From NCBI GenBank assembly GCA_964016885.1, contig OZ024766.1, forward strand, positions 13,826,001 to 13,890,000: 64,000 bases of DNA, in the 5' to 3' direction. The stretch is from Eledone cirrhosa. Taxonomy: Eukaryota. A program made the translations under genes and the position numbers. The stretch's first letter is position 1, and the number at the start of each line of letters is the position of its first letter. Below, piece by piece: positions 12,508 through 26,100 of the stretch. The notes beneath the pieces were generated by a model. That model did not search any database and was not told the origin of the DNA. It saw nothing but the letters and a program-made list of their open reading frames with translations.

Positions 12508-13072
12508 CCGAGCTGACGTACCCAGCTTCGCCCGGGTAAACAGATGATAAAAGAAAAGGTCCCTATTTACTCCCTTCACAACTCTGTATGTTAGACTGAC
12601 AGACAGGCACACAGACAGATAAACTGCGTGGCGATTGTGGAACGCCGCACGTGTACACACATACACGCACACAAACTTACACACGCACCCGTGCACTTAC
12701 ACACACGCACACACTCACACATGTTGATAGTTTTTACTTTCTGTGGAATGCTGCACGCACGCACACATACATAAACATACGCGCACGTACATACACACGC
12801 ACACGTGTTAATAGTTATTGCTTTCCTTCCCCTCTTATTTCCACACACATCACACACACACACACACGTCTCTACACTGACACATATACATAGTGTATCC
12901 AACACAGCGTTCACTTTGCCTCTCTCCGCCTCTCACTCTCTCATTGGCATTATACATATTAATTTAAGTTTGGCGTAGTTGAGGTGGGCGGAGTCGTTTG
13001 AAACCTATGAACCAATGATAATCGAGAATTATGACACATGGAATATTGACATTGTTGAAATTAATATATAGA
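12508..13072 (-). mobile_element. Non-autonomous Helitron deletion derivative
   Basis: 5' TC at 13072; 12550-13070 matches 18478-18891; 3' hairpin ACCCGGGCGAAGCTGGGT followed by CTCG (variant of CTAG). Confidence 0.82.
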
Positions 13073-16000
13073 CTAGCTGACGTACCTAGCTTCGCCTGGG
13101 TAAACAGATGATAAGAGAAGACAGGTAAAAGAGAAAATGTCTGTATTGGATGTTTGTCTGGTTACAGTGTGAGGCGAGTCCGTGTTGTCTGTGTGATACA
13201 AAAAAACAGTAAAAATAATCTTCCAGATATACCAGATTCTTCGTTGTCCGGTTTGTGCATAGTATATGAACAATTCTAGGTGCTCCCACCTAGAATAGTG
13301 ACCTCTAGGAGATGGTTCCTCTTCTGCCTCACTGGAAAACGTGTATCATTGCATAGACGTGGTTGTTCCACGTTTCTCAAAAGGATGATGGAAGTTCCAA
13401 TCTGTTATATTATATGTAGATATAGATATAGATAATTAATAAAAAAGATGTCCGTCAATGTAAAGAAGGTCCCTATTTACTTGAAATGGTTTATACAAAT
13501 GCCAAATTAATATGGATATGGATAACATGCTTATCTATAAGTGGTCAGCTATAATAATAAACCAACAAATTATATGACACAAACATTTATTCAGTAATTT
13601 CCAGGCTCTTAGCCACTGAGTAATAGACAGTCAATATTGCCCAGAGTTCAACTCGGGGAGGTGGCCTGGTTTGAACTCAAAATGGCGGATCCTTCTACTT
13701 CGAAAATAGAATCGTTTTTCAATATTACTCTAGCCCTGGCCGGCCATAGGCACCAAACTTTTTGCCAGACTCAGCATATGATGAGGTTTTATTACCACTG
13801 CAATCAGAAGCGATAAATTTGAAGGCAATTTCTACCAATACTTGTTGGTTTTTATTGCTCATTATCGACAATAAATGACATTGAACATAAATGATAACTC
13901 TGCCAAAGCTCACAATACAGATGAAAGGAAACCAATGTCCGAATCATATACGTCGCTTATTGATAGCATTAAAGATATGCATACATCAGCTCAAAGCTTC
14001 ATTATAGACAATATTTAGGTTTGTTCCTCTGTTAGTGGTATCAATTGCAAATTTTATACCATCAGGATCGCACACTCGAGATGCAGCAACATACAGTTGC
14101 CCATGGCTGGATCATTCAAGCAGACACCGACTCGCTTGAAAGTCTGTCCCTGTGCCTTGTTGACAGTCATGGAGAAGGCCAAATTGACGGGAAACTGTCT
14201 CCTTTGCCAAATAAATGGCAGCAGATCTTCACTTGGTCTCAGCATGATCCTCGGAATGAGAACCGATTCCTCTCTGCCTGGGAGTTTAGCTTCTAAAACT
14301 CTTCCGTTAATCAATCTCTCAACAATCAATCTGGTACCATTGCAAAGACCCATTTTATGATTGATATTTCTAAGCAATATAATCGGCAAACCCTTTTTCA
14401 ACCTCAAAATATGTGGGGGAAATCCGCGTATTTGAAGTGAATTCAGATACTCAGTCGGAACATCCATACTGTTCTGCTGATTAGGCTCCATTGCATCCGC
14501 ACTGACGGTCAACCATTCCTCTCCAGGAAACATTCCGGCTACTTGTGAATTTATTTCATCGACCGTTGCATTCGTATGAGTTAGAATAACACGTTCCGAT
14601 ATTCAGGAGATATTCTGCCAAAAAGCATTCAAATTAGGGAACACCCAGTCAATCAATGCTTGGCGGTCCAGTGGCATGACCAAATGGTCTGGGATTCATA
14701 CAGTCTGATTATCACCAACGTGTGGCAATTCATCGTTTCCCAACTGCATCAACCATCGGCCGTATGTCTCAGCCTCTTCGTTTTGCCCGAACATAGGAAG
14801 TCGCATATTATCGTGTAATCGCAAAACTCTGAAATGGCCCCACAACGGGGACTTTTTCAGACATGCATTGACAATTTGCGCTCTTTGAGCATTCCTAACA
14901 ATTGGTAGCACCTGTCTGAAATCGCCACCAAGAACGATAGTCTTACCACTGAATGGCAGGCCACTACCGCAGATATCTCTCAAAGTTCTGTCCAATGCCT
15001 CCAGCAAATATCTGTGTGCCATTGGAGCCTCGTCCCAAATAATCAGAGACGTATTGCGTATAAGGCCCGCGAGTTCACTTTGTCCTGTAATATTACAGAC
15101 ACTCAACTCATCTGGAGCCAATGGAGCCTTGAAGCATGAGTGGAAGGTCCTTCCACCACTCAGCAAAGTGGCAGCGATGCCCCTGGTGGGCACAGGGAGA
15201 GCAATCTTCCTCTGAGCTCTGACTGCCGATAACATAGTGTTGAAACAGAATGTCTTTCCGGTGCCTCCTGGAACATCTATGAAAGCACAAAGTTGCTCAT
15301 TAGTGGAAATCGAGTGGAGAGCGCCATCGACCAATTCTCTGTGAGATTGGGTCAACATTGGCATACGTTCATCCACAATACGTTGCTGTTCCAGTGGATC
15401 AAACTGGAATAGTTCCCTCCGATCGAGTGGCAACCGTCTAAGCTGCAATCTCATGTTCAATGCTAAGACACGTTGCCGCATTTCTTCATCAGGAATTGGC
15501 AAATTGAAATCTGTTAAACATTTCAAATGAACTTCGAGCAGTTGCTCAATATTGAGCAAAACAATAGCCTTCATCAAATGTTCATCATAGACCTGAAGAT
15601 GATGCCTAAAATCATCAGCCATAATTCCCCAATGGCGTTCAAATAACTCTCTTGGATCGGCAGGTTTGCAGAATCCTAGAATAGTGACAAACAACTGCCT
15701 TATTCGAGTTGGCATCTGTGTTGTTCCTGCAGCTTCCATGGCGTTATTCCATTCAGCGTCATCCTGAAGGAGTCCCAGATGCTGACACACAGCCTGGTAT
15801 CTTTTATATTCCACGCCATTGATTGTTTTCAAATCAGCGAAGCTCTGTTTACCTCTCGAAAAATCACTATGCAACAGAACTCGGAGATAAAACACATCAC
15901 CAGATGCTGGATGGACATTACAAACCCGTCCAATAGTCATGAATCTCAACTTTTGTTTTCTATCATTCCATTTCTTTCCCTTCTTATCCCACGTATAGTG

Positions 16001-18891
16001 CGAAGGGAAATCGCAGTAGAGTTGCTTTTGATCCGGGTTCAAAGCATGTTCCCTATTATGCTTGAACCACTCAGTCAATTCCGTCTTAGGAGGTGGTGCA
16101 TTAGCAATTCTTTCGGCACCTCTTCTAGTGTCCTTAAAACAGACCATTTGCCTATTCTCTAAGTGAACCGTCAGTTTCTGAACGCTGGGTTTGCGTTCAT
16201 TGAGATCAAAATCGAACAATCTCCAGCAAGCTTCGCTAGATCCAATCGAGCGAACATCCTGGAACCTGCCAACTTCATCTCCTTGGTTCGCTTCCTCATT
16301 CCTGACATTCATCATTGCCCCATCATGACCTTTGTAAACATATTTGAATAGATATTTGCAAGCTTTCACTGAGCTACAAATTTCCACATTAATATGACAA
16401 CGATATTTCATAATCAAATATGGATTGTATGGCACAACCTGTCGACCGTTTACATTTTCGACCAAACCGCCATCGGCAGGCGACCGTCTTCTGTATGAGG
16501 GATGAGCATCCCCATCATTCCAGGAAGTGTTCGTGACAAAAGATTTCGGAAAGTGCTTACTGCATTGGCCATTTTTCATGCAAGGCGCTTTCCGATTTGC
16601 CACTCCGCATTGGTTGTGCACCATTGACTTTGCCACCAAGTTGCATAGTGCCTCATTCTCCGGCAGTTCAGCACACACAATGCTGTCGACATCCTCAGCA
16701 CATCACAATTTGCAATCTCTATGTAAAATGATCAGCAAATGTGCATGTGGCAATCCTCTTTTTTGGAATTCAATTACGTATGTAAAAGCATCTATACCTC
16801 CAAAGATTCCCTCTTTTTCCACATCATCCATTATCTTTTTCAGATATCCTTTGAATACTCTTGCCACAATATCAGGACGGTCCTTTGGCTGTTGTCCTGG
16901 CAAAAGTGCATCCTTAATATCAGTCCATTCAGGATTGCATGTAACAGTTATAAACAAATCTGGCTTTCCAAACTTTCTGACAATAGCCATTGCATCCTGA
17001 TAGCGAATGTTCATATATCTCGGGCCGCCGATGAACGACGATGGCAAAATGATGTGTCGACCAATTTGCTTGTAATTGGCATCATCGGCTGTTATCGCAT
17101 CCTGTATATTATTATACAATTCAGCTCTGATATGTTGCTGATGTGTAGCTATATAATTTAGCCTTTGATTTTCGATCTTTGCGTATGCCATACAACAGTA
17201 TTCCTGGAACAATCTGCTGGCTTGAAATAGCGCATTTCTCTGTTGATTCCTCTCGTTCAAATGGAACGCGTAAAAGTCGCGAATCGAATTATTGTGTCTA
17301 TTGCCACCTCCCTGTTGATGCTGATTCTCATGATCATCTAAATGAACAGACATGTTCCATCCATTTTCACCTTTTGGGAATAAAAGAACATAATGCAATG
17401 GATGGTATGTCCTATTTGACTCATTGATAGTGTTGAGACCACCATCTCTGCGATTGAGGGCGATATCTCTCGATCCAGGCTTATCGTCCATCAACACAGC
17501 AACTTCACGAAATCCTTCGGGGGCATTATATCGCCGTTCGTGTTGATTCCTTGGCACTGCGTCAGCCTTAATCACCAATGTTTGTTGCTGAACATTCTGC
17601 AGTTCAGCCACCAACATGAAATCCATAACATAAGGATTACACTGTCTAAGCCATGATTGCAAATCATGGATCAAATCACTTAACCTTTGCCGTTCAAGTT
17701 CAGTTATATTTCCCGGCAACTTCATCCAACCGATCCTGATATCCTCCTCCGATTCACTATAATCTGGATTGTTAACGTAAATTTGAGCGAATCAAGGCCT
17801 CTCTCCTGGGGTAACTTCTAAATTATCGATACAATGATACAAACGGCATTGAATGACGACATTCGGTTGCCATGCTCCACTCTCAAACATCTCACTAACT
17901 CTCTGCGATGCTAAAGCTAATAAATTGTTAATTTGCCGCGAATATTTGCGCAGTAATCTACCTCGGTCTCATTGATCACCCCACATACTTAGTATTTTAA
18001 ACTCCGGTGACTCCCCATCATCCGGCATTCGCAAAGGTTCTAGTTGAACTGCTCCTTTGTGACAGCACATTGTGGTCCACGTCTTTTCGTGCCACCAAAG
18101 CAATGCTCCACAATGTGGAGACCCTGGTCGTCCACCAATCTGACAGTGACACGGTTGCCATGATCCATTTTTAATATCATTCGTTCGCCTCTTTACTGGA
18201 ATGAGGAGCACTTTGCGACACATTCCCTGAACTTCTGTATTGCGCTGGCGCTGTTCAGCCAGCTCCTCTTCATCCACCGGAGCACGCCATTGCTGCTGAA
18301 TTCTGGCCACCTGCTGATGATGCTCAGCCAGTTCGTTTTTCAACCATCGCAGCACTCCGTCGCCGCTGTAGTTCACTGTTTGATAAAGTCGAATTGCTTT
18401 TCTTATCAGTATTCATTTGGAGCAATTGTAAAAAAAATGACACAATAATAAATATAAAAGATGTCCGTCAATGTAAAGAAAGGTCCCTATTTACTCCCTT
18501 CACAACTCTGTGTATGACAGACAGGCACACAGACAGATAAACTGTGCGGCGATTGTGGAACGTCACACGCATACACGCATGGAAACGCGCACACGCACAC
18601 AAACTTACACACGCACACACTCACACATGTTGATAGTTTTTACTTTCTGTGGAACACTGCACGCACGCACACACACATAAACATACGCGCACATACATAC
18701 ACACGCATACATGTTAATAGTTATTGAACACAGCGTTCACACTCTCCCCTCTCACTCCCTCATTGGCATTATGCATATTAATTTCAGTTTGGCGTCGTTG
18801 GGGTGGGCGGAGTCCTTTGAAACCTATGAACCAATGATAATCGAGAATTGTGACACACGGAATACTGACGTTCTTCAAATTAATAAATAGA
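13073..18891 (-). mobile_element. Helitron (formerly autonomous)
   Basis: 5' A|TC at 18891; 3' hairpin plus CTAG at 13076-13073; encloses the RepHel ORFs. Confidence 0.88.
13985..18376 (-). pseudogene. Helitron Rep/PIF1-like helicase (RepHel), disrupted by stops and frameshifts
   Basis: Rep motifs PDLFITVTCNPEW, EFQKRGLPHAH and KYLFKYVYKG; helicase motifs PGGTGKTF, DEAPM, GGDFRQVLP and FSMTVNKAQGQT; split over at least 4 ORFs. Confidence 0.95.
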
Positions 18892-19687
18892 TATATATAT
18901 ATCATCATCATCATCATCATCATCATCATTTTACGTCCACTTTTCTCTGCTTGCAAGCCATGTGCCTCTTCCTATATATACATATATACTATATACATAT
19001 ACACACATATACATATATATATATGTATATATATATATGTATATATATATACGTAATTAATACATGCATACATTTATTTTTTTTAAATTAATTGAGTTCT
19101 TAACACGCAGGATTAAAATTGTTTTTAAAAAAACTAATTAACCCACGTGTATATTATTTTACTTTCTTGTGTTTCGCGATTGCCTCCCTTTTCTGCTTCG
19201 TGACGCTGTGAAATTCCTCAGTCTAGGACTGCTGGAATTTCAAATTTGGCGGTCATTATGATGCGTGAAGGGACGACTTAGCTGACACGAAAAATAACTG
19301 CAGTAAGAAATGTTTTCTTATATCAATGTTTGAAGGGCATCCACTGATGATTTATAAGTGCCCACCTGCATATGTTCTTATAGAAAAATATGTAGGCTTC
19401 TACATAAACCGGAAACATTCTCCCAACTTGTAGAAAACTTATAATGAAACAATTGTTTGGAAAGAGAGATATATTTTAATTTTAATTATATCTCATATAA
19501 AATAATACAACTGGCTTTCCACAAAATACATATAGTTAGCACCCCAAACACAAAATTGGGATTAAACTAAGGTATATCCTAATGTTTGTTGAGTGAGATG
19601 GTAGTCAGTCAGAGTTTAGCTTAAAGCTTTCTCTGTTATTGTATTAAATATATGTATATATATATATATATATGTATCTATATATAT

Positions 19688-22600
19688 CACCTTGACCGAC
19701 CAGTGTGTCGGGCGTCCATTCGACGCCGCTGGTCACAGCACGCCGTCCATTCCTCTCCGTATTGTGCTTTCCTCATCCATGTAGTCCCAATCATATTCCT
19801 AAAATGATCTGCCACCTTCATGGAGGCCTTCCGAGTGGTCGCTTCCACTCGCACAGGTACCACTCCGCAACTGCGCAGGTCCAGCGATTATCGGTGAACC
19901 GGGCGACGTGTCCAGCCCATCTGAACTTGCTGCGTATATATTGCGCGATGACGTCCCTCACGTCGGACTTCTGTCTGATGACTTCGCTCCTGATGTGCTC
20001 TCTCAACGAGATTCCTAGCATTGATCTCTCCATGGCTCTTTGAGCCGTTACCAGCCTCTGCTCTTCTCTCTTCGTTGTAGCCCAAGATTCACTGCCATAT
20101 AACATTGCAGGTAAAACTGTGCTATTGAAGGGGTTGGCGTGGGTGGTCTTGTCCAACCTCCCCTTGAGCACATCCCTTATGCCGCTGAACGCCTTCCATT
20201 CGGCCCTTACTCTCCGCGAGATCTCCCTCTCAATGTCTCAGCGCATGTTCACTTCTTGTTCTAGGTAGACGTATTCCTCCACCTCCTCTATTTCATCACC
20301 GCCAACCACCATTCGACCTGTTGGTACGTTGTCGGACCGCATGAAGTTCGTTTTCATGCTGTTCATCTTGAGGCCTACTGCAGAGCTTTTGATGTCGAGC
20401 TCCGTCAGCATGGTCTGAAGCCGATCCGTGGTTTCAGCGATGAGTACGATGTCATCAGCGAAACGGAGGTCGGTAAGTATCTCCCCATTGATGGTGACAC
20501 CGCCTTGCCAGTCAATGCCTCTGATGATCTGCTCGAGACACGCGGTGAAAACTTTTGGAGAGATCGTATCTCCTTGCTTCACTCCCTTCTCGACCGGGTG
20601 ATGACAGCAGAGCTGTGTTGGTGGTGCATCCGGAATTCGTCTCCTTGAGCAGTTGAACGTATTGCGCCTCGACTCCTTGCCTCTGCAGCGAGTTCAGCAA
20701 TGCGTTGATTTCGACGCTGTCGAAGGCCTTCTTGTAGTCTACGAACGTGACGCAAAGAGGCATCTTGTACTCTTTTGCTTGCTCAAGCAGTTGTGTCAGA
20801 GTAAATATGTGGTCCATCGTGCTGTAGTTCTTCCGGAAGCCGGCTTGCTCTTTCGGTTGCTGTTCGTCCAGATGATGTGATAACCTGTTCAGGATTATCT
20901 TCGTGAACAGCTTGTACACGTGAGACAGCAGGAACATGGGTCGGTAGTTCTTCAGATCTTCTCTATCGCCCTTCTTTTATAGCAGGATCGTATTCGACTC
21001 TTTCCACTGCGAGGGTATTCTTCCCTCGTCCAGATCGTGTGTGAATCGCTCGGCGAGGATTTTCCAGAGCTGTTCTCCGCCTGACTTCAACACCTCCGAT
21101 GTTATGCCGTCTTTCCCTGGCGCCTTTCCGCTTTTCATTACACCGACGGCTCTTTCCACCTCACCGACAAGGATGGGTGGCACATTTTCTTCCTGTTGGA
21201 GTGACGGCAACGGCTGCACATTCCCGGCAGACTTGAAGAGCTTGGTGTAGAGGTCTTAGTAAATCTTTTCCATCTCATTCTTGTCGCTGACCGGTACTCC
21301 AGCTGTGTTCTTCAGGGTCGTCACCTCCGATCTGTACATTGCCATGTCTCTCTCGCATTTCTTGAGGCTCTTCTTTTCCTCTGCGGCCTTCAGGAGCTTC
21401 CCCATCCGGTATGGCTCGAAGTCACTCTTCAGTTGCCGTATCACTCTGCTGAGAAGGGAATATTCGAGGTGATTTTCAGCTGTCCCCTTCATTATCTTCC
21501 TCTTCTCAAGCAACTTCATAGTTTCCTCCCAGACTCTTCCCTTCCGCTCCTTCGGGCACACACCCTTAGCCTTCCTCAAGCACTCCTTCAGTTTCCTTAT
21601 CAGTGAGTCGTAGTCAGCGTCTATGCCGTCTCCTTTACACCACTTTTCCTGCATGATGGCTTCCTGCTGCTGCGCCTCGTTGAAGACCCAGACGCGTTCT
21701 CCCTTCGACGCCAAATGCAGCGCCTTCTTCTCCCTCGTCCGATCGATGACGACCTTCGGCCTCACCAGACGATGATCACTGCCAGTGTTAAATGGCGTTA
21801 TGACGGAGACGTCCTGCAGTATACGTCGCTTGTCGACCAGGATGTAGTCGATCTCGTTTCCGTGCTCAGAATTTAGCGATACCCAGGTCCATCTTTTCTC
21901 CTCCTTCTTCCTGAATAGGCTGTTTCCGATGTAGAGCCGTCTCATCTCCGCCATGGTGACCAGACACTCTCCTCTCTCATTTCGATCTCCTAGGCCGAAT
22001 TTTCCTACATACTCTTCCCCTTGCCGTCCCTGTCCGACCTTTGCGTTGAAGTCCCCCATCACGACGGTGTAAGTGGACTTCACAGCTAGCACTTTGTCTA
22101 GCTGGCGATAGAATTCTTCCACTTCCTCGTCGTCGCTGGCACTTGTGGGAGCGTAGGTCTGGATGATCTTGAGGGTGGCCTTCCCTGAGAGGTTTACGTT
22201 CACTACACCAATCCGTGACGATATGAACTGGCAAGAAGCGACCTTCGAAGCCCATTCCTTGCTTACGATAAACCCTATACCAATCTGGCATCCTCTGCTT
22301 TCCCGAGTCTCACGGTGCATCCATCTTGCCATCGGGAATTCGCCTCCTTCTTCTGGCGGGTCTCGCACAGCCCTAACACGTCCCACCTGATCTTCTTCTT
22401 CTCCTCCATTAGGTGGTTCAGTCCTTGCCCCCCTGCCAAAGACCTGCAGTTGTATGTGCATATGGCAAGGTTAGTCCTGTTCCATGGCGGCCTTCGGGAA
22501 CCTGTGATTTTTAGCAGCCTCTCGTCGCTCGGGTCGCACTCCGCCGTCATGGAGCAGCCCGATTGACTCGCAGGGTACTGAGGCCCTTTTCTTCGTGCTG

Positions 22601-22730
22601 TTTTAACCATAAGATGACGCCATCCCATTGGCTGGGCGGGCAGGCCGGTACCTCTTCAGTTTAGCTAGCTTTTGAACTCTAGAAGATGATGACTCATCTC
22701 TAGGACCCAATTCGGGTCAAACAAATAAAA
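19688..22730 (-). mobile_element. Near full-length RTE-1-like LINE, frameshifted, GC-rich
   Basis: APE (YNCRSL, LCETR, QTYAPT, GDFNAKVG, GSDHRL) and RT (FVDYKKAFDS, KQGDTISP, LRFADD, WAGHVAR) across five ORFs. Confidence 0.93.
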
Positions 22731-22796
22731 AAAAAAATATATATACACACATATATATATATATATATACATATATATACATATATATATATATAC

Positions 22797-22935
22797 ATAT
22801 ACTTGGGAAGGTTCATATTGCTGTAATAATATTGCCAGAAATAATAACAGAACACACTCACTGTTTGGTTGGTTTTCGCTTCTGTATCTTTTATATCTCC
22901 ATAGTTAATTTATTTGGCAATCAAAGAACTTTGTT

Positions 22936-22980
<45 letters not shown>

Positions 22981-23115
22981 GTATATTTAACCATTGGTCA
23001 ATCAATGCCAAATAAATTAACTATGGAGATATAAAAGATACAGAAGCGAAAACCAACCAAACAGTGTTATTATTTCTGGCTATATTATTACAACAATATG
23101 ACCCACTCCAAGTAT

Positions 23116-23121
<6 letters not shown>
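22797..23121. repeat. Inverted pair of Penelope-like terminal sequences around a (TA)n core
   Basis: 22860-22919 is the reverse complement of 23007-23066; the outer end atgacccactccaagtataacaat resembles the Penelope end atgaccctcccaaagtataacaat at 31343-31367. Confidence 0.65.
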
Positions 23122-23154
<33 letters not shown>

Positions 23155-23157
23155 TAT

Positions 23158-26100
23158 CATCATCATCATCATCATCGTTTAACGTCCGTGTTCCATGCTT
23201 GCATGGGTTTGGACGGGAGTTTTCCCACTTGAGGCAAGAGTGGTTGTCTTGCTCGCATAGGACTATCTGGCGGGTTTTCTACGGCTGGATGCCCTTCCTA
23301 ACACCAACCACATTTACAGTGTGGACTGGGAGGTTTTTACCGTGTTGCCTACACGGCCACATTACAGCGTGGACTGTCTGGCAGGTTTTCTACAGCTGGA
23401 TGCCCTTCCTAACACCAACCACATTTACAGTGTGGGACTGGGAGGTTTTTACCGTGTTGCCTACACGGTCACATTACAGCGTGGATTGTGTGTTTTTTTT
23501 GTCGTGACACCTACACGATCTCATTTGTTTCGGCCTGGATTTTGTGGCACCAACATAACTTTACATTGAAAGGGGCGGTGTGGATGGGTGGGGGTGGTGG
23601 GACGGGGGTGTATTTTGTTAGAGATGCCTACTGATTGTAGTAGGTTTTACTTTGTATTTAGGTAACGCGGGTCTTCTCTATTACTGAGTACCGCCAAAGC
23701 TCTCGGTCCAGTGACATTGTCTTGGAGAGGTGTAAGTGTGTGAGGTCGGAATTTATCAGCTCGTCCCAGGTTTTTCTGGGTCTGCCTACTCCGTGGCTAC
23801 CGTCTATCTTTATTGCCCTGCACTTTGCTATACAGCTGTCGTCTTTCATGCGCATCACGTGACCATACCAACGTAGCCTTCTCTCGAGTAAACAACATCT
23901 GATCCCTCTTATTTCTAATTTTTTCCTTAGTTGGTTTATGCTTTGCCGTTCGCGTATATTACTATTACACATCCAGCGGAGCATGCAAGCTTCGTTTCTC
24001 TCTAGTCTGCGTATATCCTCTGCACACAATGCCCAGGTCTCACTGCCATGCAACATTGCTGTTTGTATGCAGGCATCATACAACCTGCCTTTTATTTTTA
24101 GGGAGAACCCTTTAGCGGCTAATAGTGGTATAAGCTCTCTGAACTTTTTCCATCCAGTTCTGACACTAGCTACTGTACTTTCGGAGCACCCTCCCCCACT
24201 GCTGATTTTGTCACCCAGGTAACGGAAGCTGTCCACTATTTCTATAGAACCCTCTGCGCAGTTGAAAGAGCTAGTATTTTGTGGGCACTTGCTGCTACTT
24301 ATTGCACCAGAGCACCGGCCACATGTAAAATCTGTGTTCTTAGTTAGCTTACCTGTGATCCCACTACATCTTTTATGCACCCATACTTTGCATTTGGGAC
24401 ATAAAATGGAGTTTCTACCTACTCCTTTCCTACACACTGAACATGGCCATTTCCCGGAAGGGACCGGCGCCTTATTTTCTTTCCTACAAACTAGAACTTT
24501 AGTCTTAGCCATGTTAATTTTAAGGCCTTTTGATTCTAGGCCGTGCTTCCATGTTTGGAATTTCTTCTCTAGCTCAGCCATTGATTCAGCTATGAGCGTT
24601 AGGTCATCTGCGTATAGGAGTTCCCATGGGCAGCCGGTCTTGAACTCCTCTGTTATAGCCTGAAGAGCAATAATGAATAGTAGGGGGCTAAGAACAGAGC
24701 CCTGATGGACACCAACTTTTACGCTAAACTCTTCACTATATTCGTTGTTAATTCTAACCTTGCTCACTGTTTCTTTATACATGGCTTGTATAGCTCTCAC
24801 AAGCCATTCGTCAACACCTAGTTTTCTAAGAGCCCACCATATAATGGAACGGGGGACTCTGTCGAAGGCTTTCTCCAAGTCGACAAAGGCTAAGTATAGG
24901 GGTTTACTTTTAGCTAGGTACTTCTCCTGTAGTTGTCGTACAATGAAAAGAACGTCTGTGGTACTTTTGCCTGACATAAACCCGAACTGCATTTCATCTA
25001 GATCGATTCTCTCTCTGATTAGTTGCACTATTACTTTTTCCGTGACCTTCATGACCTGGTCGATTAATTTAATCCCTCTATAGTTACTCCTATCTAGGGC
25101 GTCTCCTTTACCCTTGTTACAGTTAATGATGATGCTGCTACGCCAGTCCTTCGGAACAACCCCATTCAGTATGATTTGGTTTACTATCCGGGTGACCATG
25201 GTGTGTCCCACCGTTCCAGAGGCCTTCAGCATCTCAGCAACTATTTCCGAAGGCCCAGCCGCCTTACCCGTTTTCATATCTTTGATTGCCTTACTTATTA
25301 TACTACCTTCAACTAACACTGCTGGTCCCTCTATTGGATCGGTCTGGGGGAGACTATCCTTCTCCCATTTATTCTCCTCATTTAGTAGCCTCTCGTAGTG
25401 ACACTTCCAAGCGACCTTCTTATCAGCGTCAGTGATGGCGAGTACACCATCATCATTAAGGACACACTTCTCCCCAACAATATCACGGTTTTCCTTGACA
25501 CATTGCCTAGCAATCCTGAACACCTCACGTTTTTGGTCCTCACGTTGTAGAACATGCTTGAACTTTCTTTCCTCTGCTTCCCTTCTTGCGAAGTACACTT
25601 GTCTCCTAGCTTCCCTCCTGGCCACTTGATAGTCTTCTCTACTTCCCCCATCCCACCATATTTTCCAAGCCTGCTTTTTGGCCTTAATCGACTCCTCCAC
25701 CTTACTGTTCCACCACCATGTTACTCTCCTCCTGCCTATAGGCCTGCTCCGGCCACAGACTTCGTCTGCCGCCAGCAGCAGGTTTGCTTTCAGGAATTCC
25801 CACTGTCCCTCTATATTGTCCGACTCTAAATGTTCTTCCTTACTGTCGAAAGCATCAAGTAATATGCTTTGAAATTTATTTCTGGCTGTGGGGTCCTTTA
25901 GCTTCCATATTTTTCTCTTGAGGATAGTCCTCTTCTGCTGTCGAGTACGTCTCGTCCTGACTATGAGGTCACTAATGATCAGTCTATGTTGGGAGGTGCA
26001 TTCTTCATGGGGGAGGGATTTAGTGTTTACAACAGTCACTCTGTCACGTCTTCTGGTAAGGATATAATCTACCTGGCTGGTATGTTCCCCTGATCTATAG

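Larger units (their letters stand above)
1..12703. repeat. Segmental/tandem duplication, copy A (pairs with 49942-64000)
   Basis: Base 1 onward matches 49942 onward (ORFs 395..589 and 50336..50530 identical, offset 49941). Colinear to the window end, with SNPs and repeat-length differences. Confidence 0.97.

Noticed and set aside
14696-16678. Host PIF1 helicase gene
   Set aside because: Intronless, fused to an HUH Rep domain, disrupted, and bounded by Helitron termini.
19343-19422. CTGATGA...GAAA hammerhead candidate
   Set aside because: Stem II does not abut GAAA, and stems I and III do not pair convincingly.
23938-25872. Numerous plus-strand ORFs antisense to LINE RT
   Set aside because: Shadow frames of retrotransposon coding sequence with no recognisable domains.
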